This document shows positions 27,555-40,960 of a DNA stretch of 64,000 bases, one piece after another (the first letter of the stretch is position 1; every line of letters begins with the position of its first letter). The stretch comes from Octopus sinensis. Lineage: Eukaryota. The notes beneath the pieces are model-generated. The model saw nothing but the letters and a program-made list of their open reading frames with translations, searched no databases and had not been told where the DNA came from. A program made the position numbers and the translations under genes. Location: assembly GCF_006345805.1 (NCBI RefSeq), contig NC_043005.1, positions 32,116,001 through 32,180,000 of the forward strand, given 5' to 3'.

Positions 27555-28146
27555 TATTAAATTACCCCAGTACTTGACTGGCTCCTTATTTCATGAATCC
27601 TAAAAAGATGAAATGCTAAGTCAACCACGGCAAGATTTGAACTCACCACAAACTAACCACTGCTAAGTATTTTATCTGCCAGCCACAGCTCTTTTAATAA
27701 TACTCCTTTCTAATATAGGCACAAAGCCTGAAATTTTTGGTAAGAGAAATAGTGGACTACATCAAGCCCACTGCTTATCTTAATGACCCCCACCCACTCC
27801 CTAAAGGATGAAAAGCAAAGACAGCTTCAGTGGAATTTGAACTCAGAATGTAAAAATAGACAAAATGCCACTATGCATTTTACCAAATGTACGAACAATG
27901 CTGTCAGCTCACTACCTTAAATGATAATAATAATCCTTTCTACTGTAGGCACAAGGCCTGAAATTTTGGGGGAGGGGATATAAGTTGATCACATTGACCT
28001 CAGTACTTGACTAGAATACTTTATCGACCTCAAAAGGATGAAAGGCAAAGTCAACCTCGGCAGAATTAGAATTCAGAACATAGTGTCATACGAAATACTA
28101 AACATTTCGCCTGGTGTACTAACAATTCTGCCAGCTCGCCAGCTTT
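27555..28146 (-). mobile_element. Three tandem SINE family B copies
   Basis: Cores at about 27600, 27805 and 28035, each separated by TAATAA. Confidence 0.85.
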
Positions 28147-28174
28147 AATAATAATGATGATGATGATGATAATT

Positions 28175-28670
28175 GCCCTGATCTTATAATGTACATGTTT
28201 AGTCTTGATGTAAAAGATGGGCTATAGCAAATATTCTGCTCAATACCACAGATTTGTTTGTCAGTTGCTTGACCTTAACCAGTTGAGTATATATGTTCCT
28301 TAGTGGCTGACAATATGTACATCTCTGAACAGCAGAAGTAATGGGGGAGCATCATAGCCATGTGTTCGGGGGAATCCTTTGGAGTTTGAATAATTCACCT
28401 CTGAAAATGTGGGTGTTTCATTCAACATCTTTAAACAACCCTTATTCAGGGACTTTTTGAGTAGGATGGGTTATTCGCCCTGAAGAAAATTTTAACTAGG
28501 CCTCCACCTGCAAGGTCATGCACTGTTTATCTAGATATGAGATCACCGTGTCACACACATATGGTTGTGATGCATGTGCATCAGACAGGTAGTCATGATG
28601 GGTATATTGAGTTTCGTATATTTGTACCCCAGTGTCACTTTGATGGCATGTACTGCTCTCTCACTCAATG
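28175..28670 (+). repeat. Unclassified retroposon 3' region; reverse copy at 53932-54235
   Basis: TTAAACAACCCTTATTCAGG..GCAAGGTCATGCACTGTTTATCT..CTCTCTCACTCAA is inverted at about 53930-54230. Confidence 0.75.
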
Positions 28671-29204
28671 ATGGTGACAATGATGAAAATAATAATAACT
28701 AACTAACCAACCAACCTGTACACACTGGGACACAAATATGGGCAATTATATCTGATAGTTTATTTTATCAAGTTCAATGTTAAGAATGACAGACGTAGTT
28801 AATCCTGGTGGGACTGGAACTCAAGCATTCATGGAAAACCTATAAACAAAGATCTAAGGGTTCTGTCATGCACTGCCCTTCCTCAATAGTAATCAAAGAA
28901 ATATATACGTGAAGTCTCTATCTCTTCCCTAACATTAATTTAACCATTTCTTTTGTGTTATTATTTTAATGGGGTACAGGGAGAGAGATAGTATAGATGT
29001 AGCAGCAAAATACTTCAACCAGAGTGTCACCTCCCCAAGCTTTATGGTTGAGTGGCAATTTGAACTCAACTGTAACTATATTAGTTATTTGCATGATGGC
29101 ATAGATTAGCAGGAGATTAAACTAACCCAGGACTTGACTGGTACATTATTTTATCAATCTCCTGAAGGATGAAAGAAGATGACATTGGTGAGATTTGAAC
29201 ATAG

Positions 29205-32170
29205 GTGGTGGGGGGGTCCAAAAGGGGTCCCAGGGAGTAACATCCTTGCCTTCCTGAGCTAGTAGTTTTCCACCACATTTCTTAAAAGCTTTTGTAGAGG
29301 CCATGGTCTTGGGACTACTCATATCCAGAAACTAAGGTTGGAGGTAAGCAAGAGCATACGTCCCATAGAAAATTTAGCTCCAAAAAAGCCTCATGACAAT
29401 AGCAAAAATGCATGAGCACCAGCCAGCCAGCCCAAAGGCTGGAGTGGGCTGCACCTGTTGCCTCAAAAAGGAAGGTGCAAACCCTCATCCTGGGTCATGC
29501 AAGCATGACTTGCCTTACGATGGCTGAAGGCCTGAGGAGAAGCTTGGGTTGAGGTTGGGAAATTGGAATATGGGCAATCTGCATGGAAGGGGAACTGAGG
29601 TTTGTGAGGAATTGAGGAAGAGGAGGGTGGATGTGTGCTGTGTACAGAAGGCTAGGTGGAGGGGCCAGGGTGCAAGATTTGTAGGGGTCAAGGGAAGAAG
29701 GTACAAGTTGTGGTGGTCGGGGAAATAGCAAGGGGACTGGGGGTGTGGGAGTTTTGGTGAAGGAAAAAATCTGTGAGAAGGTGGTGGAGGTCAGGAGAAA
29801 GAGTGACAGGATGCCGACAGTAGTATTAGAAGTGGTGAGGTTGATTTGTGGGCATGGCCTGCAAAGTGGAAGAGGGATCGCTGAGAGAGAGAGAGTGGTC
29901 CTTTAATGAAATGGTGAGTGGGTGGGACTTAGCTAAGATAGATGAATTGGTTTTAGGCATGAGTGAATTTAATGGACATATTCGGAAATGGATCCATAGC
30001 TTTGAGGGTATGCATGGAAGAAATGGAATTGGGAAGAGAAATATGGAAAGAAGGATGTTGTTGGAGTTTTGTGATGAAAAGTAGTTGTATGTGGCAAGCA
30101 CATAGTTTAGGAAAACAGAGAAAAGGAATGTGACTTTCAGTGCAGGAGCGAATGAGACAGAGATTGATTTTGTGTTGGCTGGCATGGAAAACAGAAAGTG
30201 TCTGAGAGATGTGAAGACAATACTAGGTTGGTAGTTGCTGACTTGGATAAAAAGAAAGTTAAAAAGTGTGTGAGAAAGGGAACAGTTGAGAGGAGAAAGG
30301 TGTGGAAACTGAAGGAAAAAGAAACAAGGCAAGGTTTGAGGAAAGAGTTGGGGAGCTGGTAAGCATTGATGCACCGGGTTTGTGGAAGGCTTTTAAGGAA
30401 AGGGTATTAAAGGCATGTGACAAAGTGTGTGGAAGGATGAAAGGTAGGAGGGATCGAGGAGATACATGGTGGTGGAATGAGAAGGTGAGGGATGCAATAG
30501 TGAGGAAGGAGGTGCACAAAGCTTTATGTAATAAAAGGACTGAGCAAATGAAAGCCAAGTATAACATGAAGAATTGTGCAAAGAGGGTGGTTGCAAAATC
30601 TATGAGGAAGGAGGGTGATGAGAACCCTGATAGCATGGTTAGGTTTAGGAAATCAATGTAAAAAGATGGAAGAGATGTCGAGGGGGAATGATGGAAGGCT
30701 GAATTTTAGTAAGAAGGACAGGAGAAGAATTTGTAAAGAGCATATGGAGGGAATTATGAATGAGGAGAATGAATGAGATCAGAGGGTGGAAGCTGCTGTA
30801 GTGAAGGGGCCAGTGGAGAGGATTAGTCGGGAAGAAGTAGCAGAGGCAATGAAGGAAATGAAAACAGGAAAGGCAGCTGGTCCATCAGAAGTAAGTGTGG
30901 AAATGATAACTGCAAGTGGAAAGATAGGGACTGTTGTGTTGATGGAGTTCTGCGAGGGTGTGCTGGATGGAGGAGGAATGCCAGATGACTGGGCACTAAG
31001 GAAAGGGGGATGCGATGAGTTGGGGGGAATATAGGGGAGTGAAGTTATTGGAGCATGCAATGAAGATTGTGGAAAGGGTGTTGGAGATGAGAATTTGGAA
31101 AACGGTGGATGTGGATGAGATGCAATTTGGTTTTATGCTACAAAAGGGGACAAAAGATGCAGTGCTCTTTGTAAGGAGATTGCAAGAGGGATACCAAGGT
31201 AAGGAGAAGGAGTTGTATATGTGCTTTGTTAATCTGGAGAAGGCATTTGATAGGGTTCCAAGGAAGGTGATTGAGTGGACAGTGAGGAAGAGAGGTGTAC
31301 TAGAGGTAATAGTGAGGGCAGTGATGAGTTTGTATGAAGGGGTAAAGAGTTAGAGTTGGATCAGAACTGTTGGAGGAGTTTGCAGTGAAAGTTGGAGTGC
31401 ATCAGGGATCTGTGTTGTCACTGTTGTTGTTTGCAATAATGGTTGATATAGTGATGGAGGGTGCAAGAGGGATTGACAAAGGAAATACTGTATACGGATG
31501 ACCTTGTTCTGATGAGTGAGATGATGGAGGGATTGAGGGAGAAGTTTTGGAAATGGAAGGAGGCATTTGAAAGCAAGGGTTTGAATGTAAACCTCGGGAA
31601 GACAAAGGTGATGGTGATGAGAAGTGTTACTGAGTAAGTAGATCCATGTGGCATGTGTGGGAGGAGGGTAATGGCAAATATGGTGTTGTAATGGCAAATG
31701 TGGTGTTGTGTACGAAATGTGGGAAATGGATTCATGGTAGATGTACGAAAATGAAGAAGGTGACCCCAATACTGGCAAGAGATTTTATTTGTGGAGGGCT
31801 GGAGGAACTAGTGGAAATGCTATGTGATGAGGTGGAAATGGTAAGAGGGTTTTGTTATTTGGGAGATAGGATGGATGTGAAGGAGCTGTGACAGCAAGAA
31901 CAAGACTTAGCTGGGTGAAGTTCAGGGAATGTGGAGCGTTACTATATGGGAAAAGGTTCTCCTTGAAGATGAAAGGAAGGGTTTATCAGAGTTGCATGAG
32001 ATCTGCAATGCTGTATGGCAGTGAGACACAGTGTCTGAGGGAAAGTGAAATGGCAATTTTGAGAAGGACTGTGAGTGCAATGTGTGGTGTGAAACTATTG
32101 GATAAAAGGAGGGCTCAGGGCTTGATGAGGATGCTGGAGGAATTGGTGGAACAGCTGGCAAGGGCAATTC
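29205..32170 (+). mobile_element. Near full-length degraded RTE LINE (APE + RT)
   Basis: LRVGNWNMG, CCVQEARWRG, GKAAGPS, YRGVKLLEH, QFGF, NLEKAFDRVPR, VGVHQGSVLS, LYTDDLVL and AMLYGSET motifs, with many stops and frameshifts. Confidence 0.93.
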
Positions 32171-32421
32171 AAACTAATACACTTGTCAATGTTATCTAGT
32201 GGTTGCTTTTTGAGATTGTTTGTTATTAAAAGAATGCTAGTTCACACATACAAACATTCACATACTTCCCTTGTACATGGACACACATTCACACATATGG
32301 TCACACAGAGTTGAAATGCTGTTTGATTTTTCTCTTCGGCATTGAATGTTCATCATCCCAGAGCTGCCTTTTCTGCATTTTCTCTAAATCAGGTTGCCTG
32401 CCATATCTTTGAAATTATCTT

Positions 32422-32533
32422 ATGGCAAAATTTCCTATACAGCAAAGTTTCCTATGGCCAGTTTTCCAACAGCGAGTTTTCCTACAGCAAGTTTTCCTGC
32501 GGCAAAAATGTTTATGATAGATGTTCCTAGAAC
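32422..32533 (+). repeat. ~15-bp tandem repeat, probably a DNA-transposon subterminal array
   Basis: Five to six units like CRGCAARTTTTCCTA, ending GTTCCTAGAACC. Confidence 0.6.
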
Positions 32534-33349
32534 CTTTGACAGAATCCATCAGGTCAAAGTACTCTGTTTTCCTCCAGTGTTCAGTTCCGGCATGATATAG
32601 CTCTAAGTCAACAGAATGTCCTGGGTGCTGGCAGTAGTACCAGTGACACAGCTTAGTAACTCACAAAACTAAAAACCTCCCTCGACAGAGAGGGAGAATA
32701 GGAGATATGATGGTCACTTTAAGCAAGGTATTGAAATGTTAAATTACAATGTGGGGATCAGGAACAGTTCTATTATTAAGGATGAGGCTCATGGCTACCT
32801 TGCATTTTGCAAGGGTAGATGAAGGAAGCTGAAATGGTGTCCAAAAGGCATGGTTCTGTAATGTACCCCCATGTCATCATGGGAGTACATTCCAGAAGGT
32901 GAATAGAAAACAAAAGCATTCTTTTACAGACTGAAGGGCAGATGGTAAGATGAATATAAATTAAATGATGTACAATGTTGTCACATGATAGTAAAACAAG
33001 GGCAATGCAAACAGATGTATGAAAGAAAGCGGGAGCAAAATGAAGTATGTTCTGCAGGATGTCTAATATCAGGGAAACTAAGGAGGTTAATCTCAAGAGG
33101 CTGAACTGCACAAAGGAGGTGATAAACAACTATAACAAATGAGTAGATGTAATGTTAGAGAAGACCTAACCAACCCACACAAACATGGAAAAGTAAACAT
33201 AAAATGATGATGATGATGAGTCTCTTAACCATATGCAACAACATGGAATCATATTCAAGTGAATCTTCTCCAATAAGTGGAAACTTCTCTCCCCAACACA
33301 TCTCATGGCCCCATAGAGGAAAAAAATGTAAGAAATCTCAGAACTGTAC

Positions 33350-33458
33350 CTTCTTCTGCTAAATCTTTATTTATAACTAATTTCCCATGTCGTAAGTAAT
33401 TTAGAATTGGACCAAAGTAAGTTGGGTCTCGATCAATTAGGAATGCTCCAATATCATC
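33350..33458 (-). CDS. KCTD5: KCTD2/5/17-family BTB protein, first coding exon seen in window (probably exon 2)
   Basis: Hand translation [36 protein letters not shown](G) matches the KCTD5-type BTB/T1 motif [19 protein letters not shown] acceptor, GT donor, 109 nt, phase 1 end. Confidence 0.96.
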
Positions 33459-35099
33459 CTGAGGAAGAAAGAAATATTAAATGTTATAAGGATCTCAATT
33501 TAATCAGAGAGAAAAAACAAAAATAACAAAAAAAAATACATGTTTTTAACTCTTTTATTTACAAAACTTAATGGCATACAACATCTTTATCTAATGCAAC
33601 ATTATCTTTGAAAGGAAATTGGTTAAAAAGTTTTTTATGTTCATTTTGTGTAAAATGTTAATTAGCAATGTTTATACAGTGCTACATCAACTTTGAACTA
33701 AAAGAGTTAACTCACTGATTTGCTCTTAGACTACGAGTTATGTTAATAACAGTGACAACAGATTTACATTTACAATTTCAAATATTGCTATGGTTCAGTT
33801 ACTGAATTTACAATTAGAATAGTTATTTGTAGTGGCTGTCACACAACAAATTGTAATATTTTGTAGCAAAAGTAGAAAATGTTTGACATGAAAAATGATT
33901 TAATGAGTTTCTAAGTTATGACTTTACACAAATCCAACACTCATGTGTCAGTGTAGATGTGTGTAAATGAATATCTATAGAGATTTAGATGTATATAGCT
34001 GTAGACATATATAGATAGATGTATGTGGAATCTAAACCAGAAAAAAAACTGATGCAGAAACATTTTCAAATGATTTTGCACTGATTCCCATTAAAAATAT
34101 TCTAAAGATGGCACAAATGCGCAGATACATACATAAACACTACTAATGATAGATTCCTTGTAACTACTTAATGAGTTGTTAGATCAGTAATGAAGGCCAA
34201 CAAATCCTTATATATATTTTTGTTTCAATTAAATTAAAGTATTTTTTGTTTTTTCTGTGTTTCATTAATGGAAATGTAAAAAGTTACTGTTTTTATTATT
34301 TACTTACAATTTACAAAAATTTTATTACAAAAAAATATCAAACAAGATACCCCTCATACTATGTGGTATAAAAGAAACTCATTTCTAAATAAATCTCACC
34401 ACATAAATTTGTCTCAGAACTAACTTTTTAAGTCTTGAAACATACATGTAGTTTGTAGGAGTTTCATTTTATAGAATACTTTTAAATTAAAAAAGTGAAA
34501 TAATGAGTTAAACTTTTGCACAGAAATTATTAAAATCATCAGCAATATTAGAAATGAATATTGTAAATATTTACAATATTATGAATGAAAAGCAGTACAA
34601 AATGTAGATTAAAAAATGACATGACCAATGGGTCAATAGGCTGACAGGCAGTCATAGAGCACTCTAACCTCCCCCAAAAAGAAGGAAAATAATCTGGGAT
34701 GGCAAAAAGTGAATAAGGTTCAGCAAACAACCAATATCCTAATACATCATTTATCAAGGATTTGTGTAATTATATTTAATAAAAAATAGTTTTCAATACA
34801 TTATACAACAGAGAACAAAACAAATCACAGAGAAAAACAAAAACAGCAAACAAAAAAAATTCAAACAAACAATATGCCATCAGAAAATGATGAGTACATT
34901 CAATAAGATATATCAAAGAAATAGGCTATTCAACAAAACCAACTTTGACCCCTGTGGTGGCTCCCATGTGACCACAGAAGTGACTGTAAATCAGCTGAGC
35001 CCACTCATGCTATCCAACATACCTGAGGTGGCAGCTTCCAAACAAATCTTTAGCAAACATAGAGTTGCTCACCCCTACTGTACAATGTACCTAACATAG

Positions 35100-35575
35100 C
35101 AGGATCACATGATGTTCTAGGTTTTGCAAGACATGAACTGCCTTTTTCTTATCACAGAGAACTTGTATTTGATGTATTCATACACCATACACCTAATAGT
35201 GAGCTCTGTCACCTTAGGTTGCTTAGCAATGGTCTTCAAAGACCTACTGGGGCTGTCATTAATGTAGTCCTGGATCTGCTGAACAAACACAGCCATCCTG
35301 ACAATACCTGGCCACTGAGAAGGCATCACTTGGCCACAGATAACACATCCCTGCTAGAGGACTCAGCTCTTCCACAACCCTGAACATGCAGGACACTACC
35401 ACATTCAAGAGATTGACCTCTGGCTCACTGAGTTGTGGCTAGTGTCATAAGCACAGCATATCTTTTCATCTCTAATGTCAGGCTGGAATTTGCTATGTTG
35501 ATGTTGTTGCTATGATTCATAGTCAAATAAGAAAATTAAAATTTGGTGCATGCTGCAAAACTTTGTTAGGTCATC
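35100..35575 (-). mobile_element. Tc1/mariner-superfamily transposase 5' remnant
   Basis: ORF 35117..35329 has an HTH-like PSRSLKTIAKQ..VTELTIRCMV..IKYKFSVIRKRQFMS segment. Confidence 0.6.
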
Positions 35576-37184
35576 TTCCATTTATACCTGTAGTAATTTA
35601 TTCACAAATACTTGGTACATTCTGTACATTTTAGAATTTACTGATTTTATTTCCAATTTAAAAATCATCAATGAAATTGGTAACAGAAACTGCACCAAAA
35701 CTCTGTGTGTGTGTGTGTGTATGCGCGCGTGTGTTTTTATTTCCACATATTTTCTTGTGAAGAATGACACATTTGAGTGAGAGTGATGTCAGATTTATGT
35801 CCACTGGAAGCAATACGTTCTATAACTTGGTGGTTTCAATGTGTGATGCCAGTAAAATAAAAGTACAAGAAAAACAGATAAGGAATAGTGACAGTTAGAG
35901 CAACCTTAGAATACTGCTTCAACAAGTCTAGTGTAATCCAAGCCAGCAGGGAAGAAATGGACATCAAAAAGGCTGGTGGTGAGGAAGCAAAACATATTGA
36001 ATACATGATACACATTGCCTAAGAGGCAAAACATGGTGTACATTCTAGTATATAGAATTTTAGTAAAAGTCATATATAATCATAAAATTGGGTTAATGCC
36101 GTAACTGATACAAAGTAAACTTTATTCATAATTGTTTTCTATAATACCTGCAATTTCACCTGCAGTTGTAATTACACTTTGAACAAGTAATTTATTTTAA
36201 AAACTTTATTTTTATCCCCTATTCTGAGTTCTTTTCCTTACAGTTTTGTTGGTTCATTAAGTTTCCCAAAAGCTCTTTTCAAAACTAAATATTCTACATG
36301 TGTTACAGAAAATGATATTGAATAATTAGGTATCACTATGAATTTTTGAAAATATTTAAATGTAACTTCTGCTGTACTTTTTCTTGGAGAGCATTCAAAA
36401 TGAAACACTTTGATATCTTATTTGTGAAATTTTGATGAATATTTTAGGAAATATGACAATTTGAATGGTCAGTGGATTGGTTGAAATCTTGCCTAATTAG
36501 GCTTAAATGAATAATTAGCCATATTTGTGATGTCATATCTTTGAAACTGAGGTGATAATCATCTTCAAATTACACAAATTAATAGTGTCCATGGGATAGC
36601 AGTTGCTCATTTTTTTTTTTCAGGGTATTGAAAATGAAAAATTTTTTTGGTAGTCAATTTCATTGCATGTAACAAACAGTTGATTTCGTAATGTTTTCAG
36701 ACATAGCTAAATCCAAAAGTATAAGCCCCAGAGACTTGAGTTTTGATACATTTATAGTAGGTATAGAATTAAATATATCCAGAGATTTGGGGACATGACA
36801 CCACATCAATAAAATTATAACAGACTATTAACAATGGCTATAACAGTGGAGTTTTGGATCAGGATACACATATAAGTTGGATTTTCTCCATTTGTTGTGG
36901 AGTTTTTCAATTTTTTTCTCTTGGAAATGATGGGGAGAAGCTTTACATGAAAAGAAATTTTGGAAAATTTATGGAGTGTTGTCCCCCCACCCCAACTAAT
37001 TTTGGCTAATTTTTTTTTTTGCACTCTGCACTTAAAAATGATGGTAGAAGCCTCTTTGATAAACAATTTTTGAAAATATTTTCAGACAAAAACATGTGTG
37101 ATTTAAGGGAGATTTAGGTGGTGTTTCTAGCACATCCCATAACTACCTGGTACCTTCCTTATTTCTTTGTAACTTTGACATGTA

Positions 37185-38091
37185 TGAGATGATATCAAAA
37201 AGATCCCAGATTAGTTCTGCAGCATGCCAAACAGATGGCAGCACATGGTTACATGTGCAGTGAGAGCTAGCAGTGACTTTCATGAGGCAGTGAGCTGAGT
37301 GACATCACTATATTTTCTTCACAAGTTGTGAAATTTGTGTTTTTGTGATCACATGTATGCTATAGTCTGTAATTTTATGGACAAGAACAAAGAGCCAATG
37401 TGAAATTTTGAGTTAAACTTGGAAAGTCTGCTACAGAGACATTGGGCATACTTCAGCAAGTTTACAGTGACAAGCCAATGGGTTGTATGAAATGTTTCAA
37501 GTTGCACAGGTGCTTCAAAGCAGAAGTATGTCCTTGAAAGACGATGAGCAATCTGGAAGACCTGCCACAAGTGTCACTCCTGGAAACGTGGAGGAAATTC
37601 CTGAGCTTGAGCATGAGGATCATTGGAGGACAATCAACAATGTTTTGAAGCATTTGAGGTAGGACATTCAACGAAAAGCAACCAGATCTGTGGAGTGCAA
37701 AGAATTGGATTCTTCCTGACGATAATGCACCCTGTCACTGAGCTCTCCTCACTCGTGAGTTTCTCGCCAAAAACAACATGGTATTGCTTCTGCACTTGCC
37801 CTATTCATCAAATTTAGCACCAGCAGACTTCCATCTCTTCCCCAAGATGTAAAGCAGCTTAAAGGTCACTGTTTTAACATTACTGTTGAGATTAAAAGCG
37901 AATCGCAGAAGGTCCTTGACTTGCTTACAGAAAACAACTTCCAGGACAGATTCCAAAGGTGGCAGGAACGCTGAGATCAGTGTATTGTTGCGCAAGGTGA
38001 CTATTTCAAAGGTGATGATGCTAAAACTTAAGGTAGATAAGTTATTTTTTATTAAACATAACTAGTCTGGGAACCTTTTGATACCACCTTG
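37185..38091 (+). mobile_element. Internally deleted mariner
   Basis: TIRs TGAGATGATATCAAAAAGATCCCAGATTAGT and ACTAGTCTGGGAACCTTTTGATACCACCTTG with TA on both sides. Remnants KLGKSATET, DDNAP and PYSSNLAPADFHLFPKM. Confidence 0.9.
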
Positions 38092-39419
38092 TAATGATGT
38101 TTTGCAATATTTTTATCCCTATGAACACATTTTATGGAATGATAATGTGGAAGTAGCTACATGGTTTTTAACAAAACAAAAATGTAATTTAAATTTTTAA
38201 CCCCACACCACTGCATCAAGTGAGTCCGTGTGTGTGTGTGTGTGTGTGTAAGAAAAACATAACTAGTAACAGAAAAATATGCTTCCTTTTTAAATCACTG
38301 TGGATAAATCCAAAAAATAATCTTCTCAGGCTCTCCAATATTTTAAAATTATAAACAAAAATAAAAGGAGGGGGTGGGTAAAAAAATCATAGATTTTTTA
38401 AAATTTTCTTTTGTTTTTAATATAAAAGTATACTTTTCTATTAGTAAATGTTTTTTCTTATACATACACGGACTTCCTGGATGTCCAGGAGGTTGGAGAA
38501 ACAAGGAATTTACAGGTAGTTGTGGGATGTGCTAGAAACATTAGCTAAATCTCCCTTAAATCACATATCAATTTGTCTAGCATACTTTTTAGTTAGTATG
38601 TATGTTTTTTCTTACATACATACGTGTGCGGTGTGGACTACTTGTCAAATGTCAGTTTGACAAGTAGTGTCAGTATGCATTAATCCTATACAAGCAGCCA
38701 AGGCAATTCCCTTTTTATTGCCTTTATACTTTTGCACCATATCATGGCCAGATTCTGCAAGGGCCACATTGAATTCATGAGAAATTTTTCATTCTTACAG
38801 CATAAAAATCTTGAAGAAAATATGTTCTTTTCTAAGTGAAAATTGATGATGATATTTTCACTTCTATATTTCATAATGATTATCTGACCTCCCCTCATTG
38901 ATTTTTAAATCAAAATAAAGCAAAAACAGTCCTCTTCATGACTGTATCATTTTCAACAAAAGTTGAATAATAACACTCCAGTGCATTGAATTAGAACAAG
39001 GGCTGTCAATCAGCAGTTAAAAAAAAAAGGGGACAAACATTGTGAATGGGTGGAAATATGACGGTGATTGAGGAATCTGGCATGATATGCAAATGTCAGA
39101 TTTTGATAAAAAAATTATGAGAAGAAAGTTTACATCCAGAACTTTCAAATTATATATAATTGTCCAAAGAAAAAATGTATTTTGAAATGAAAATGATCAA
39201 AGAAAAAGTGGGATTTTGTATGGTCAAACTTTGCTTGTGTTTGTCTCCCCTCTACAGTGAGACTTAGAATAATGCTCCATATTGTATCACCTTGTAGAAA
39301 AATATACAAATATCATATCCATTTACATACAGAGTTGCAATAAAATGTATATTTTCTACATACAATCCTAGATTAAGCCAGCCAAGAATTTAATTCCATG
39401 TACTAATAGACATAACATT

Positions 39420-39640
39420 ATTACAAGCTTCAAATTTTGGTACAAGGCCAGAAATTTTGGGAGAGGGGTGAGTTGATTCCATGAACTTCAGGGTTCAACT
39501 GGCACTTATTTTATCAATCCTGAAAGGCTGAAAAGCAAAGTTGACCTTGGTGGAATCTGAACTCAGAACATAATGATGGATGGAATACTGCTAAGCATTT
39601 TGCCTGGCATGCTAACAATTCTACCAGTTTGCCACCTTAG
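39420..39640 (-). mobile_element. SINE family B copy (further copies at about 24470-24600, 49630-49850, 50500-50660)
   Basis: Same core and head as 6760-7250. Confidence 0.8.
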
Positions 39641-40554
39641 AGATAATAGTAATATTAACAGAGGTAACAGCTATGGGAATTTTTGTTTCTGGAGATGTTT
39701 GTCTATTCCCAGAGTTTTACTAGTTTAAACAGAACAGAACAAAAGAGAGAAAGTGTTTTATGCTTTTGGGGAAAGGAAGTCTGATAAAAGAAAGAGAAAG
39801 TGAGTGAAAAAGACAATGTGGGAGAATAAAAGAAAAAAAGGAAGGGAGGAAAACAAAACAAGTGTGAGAGGAGGTAAGAGAGAAAGCAAAGACAAAGTGT
39901 ACATTTACCTCACATGTATATGTATATACAGAGAAAACCTATGTATAAATATAGACATTCACGTTCACATATGCACAAGCAGATATGTGTTAGTATACAC
40001 AAATATATGTATATACACACAAAAGTACATGTACATATAAAACAATAACTCATGAGTTCCTGTTAATGTGACTTAAATCATTTGAATATTCAATCAAGTG
40101 TGAAATAAGAATTTCTGTTCACATTTAATTTTCCCCATTCATAAGATGAATATTAGGCTACTTTACAAAAATTACCTTTACCTTGTCCACCCTCTTATTC
40201 TAAATCTCTCAACCATACATCATCTATTTCCTCTCTTTTTTCACCCCAACTGCAGAAACATCTCTCTAATACATACCATTCTCGACCTTTGATCTCCAGG
40301 AACTGTCTTAATTCACTTGCACTCAGCCAGTCATCTCTCTTATCCACATTGCACCACCAATGAATCATGCACAATCCATTTTTCTCTATAATTAACAAAC
40401 CTTCTTAAAAAATTATATTTTTATCTCTGAAGAATGTGCTCTGCTGATTTACAGATTTAACTTCAAAATTTTATCAGTCATGCAAAATAAAGTCAACATT
40501 ATTTAATATTTATGATCTTTCAAATGAAAGGATTTGAAAGATATGCAGTATATA

Positions 40555-40960
40555 TCATCATTGTTTAAACTTATCCATGCTCACCTGAGTCAGATTGAAT
40601 TGAGAGAGATTTCCTACAACCAGATGCCCTACTTGTCACCAACCCTCATCTATTTCTAAGTAAGGTAATATTTCTCCATAACCAGATATGTTTTCATAGA
40701 AGTTTGGAAACAAAGGTCACTGCTTGTATGACAGTGGCATTCATTTACAACTATCATGTGATGCCAAGACAAGAAGACACCAACTGTCACATACACATGA
40801 CAGGCTTCTTTCAGTTTCTGTCTTTCAAATCCACTCACAAGCCTTTGGTGAGCCCAGAGCTACAGTAGAAGATACATGCCCAAGGTACCGTGCAGTGGGA
40901 TTGAATTTCAAACCATGTGATTGGGAAATGAGCTTCTCAACCACACAACCACAGCTGCAT
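40555..40960 (-). mobile_element. CORE-like tRNA SINE with RTE-type tail
   Basis: AAATCCACTCACAAG..GTAGAAGATACATGCCCAAGGT..ACCACACAACCAC head, plus CAGATGCCCT/CCATGC tail motifs. Confidence 0.7.

Noticed and set aside
29225-29320. HDV-like ribozyme at the RTE 5' end
   Set aside because: Only one helix (GTCCCAGG/CTTGGGAC) is visible. I could not build the nested double pseudoknot or the catalytic C segment.
40170-40400. Possible missing KCTD first exon, since the minus strand ends GACAAG|GTAAAG
   Set aside because: There is an in-frame TAG a few codons upstream and no LNVGG motif. The sequence looks like an RTE remnant.
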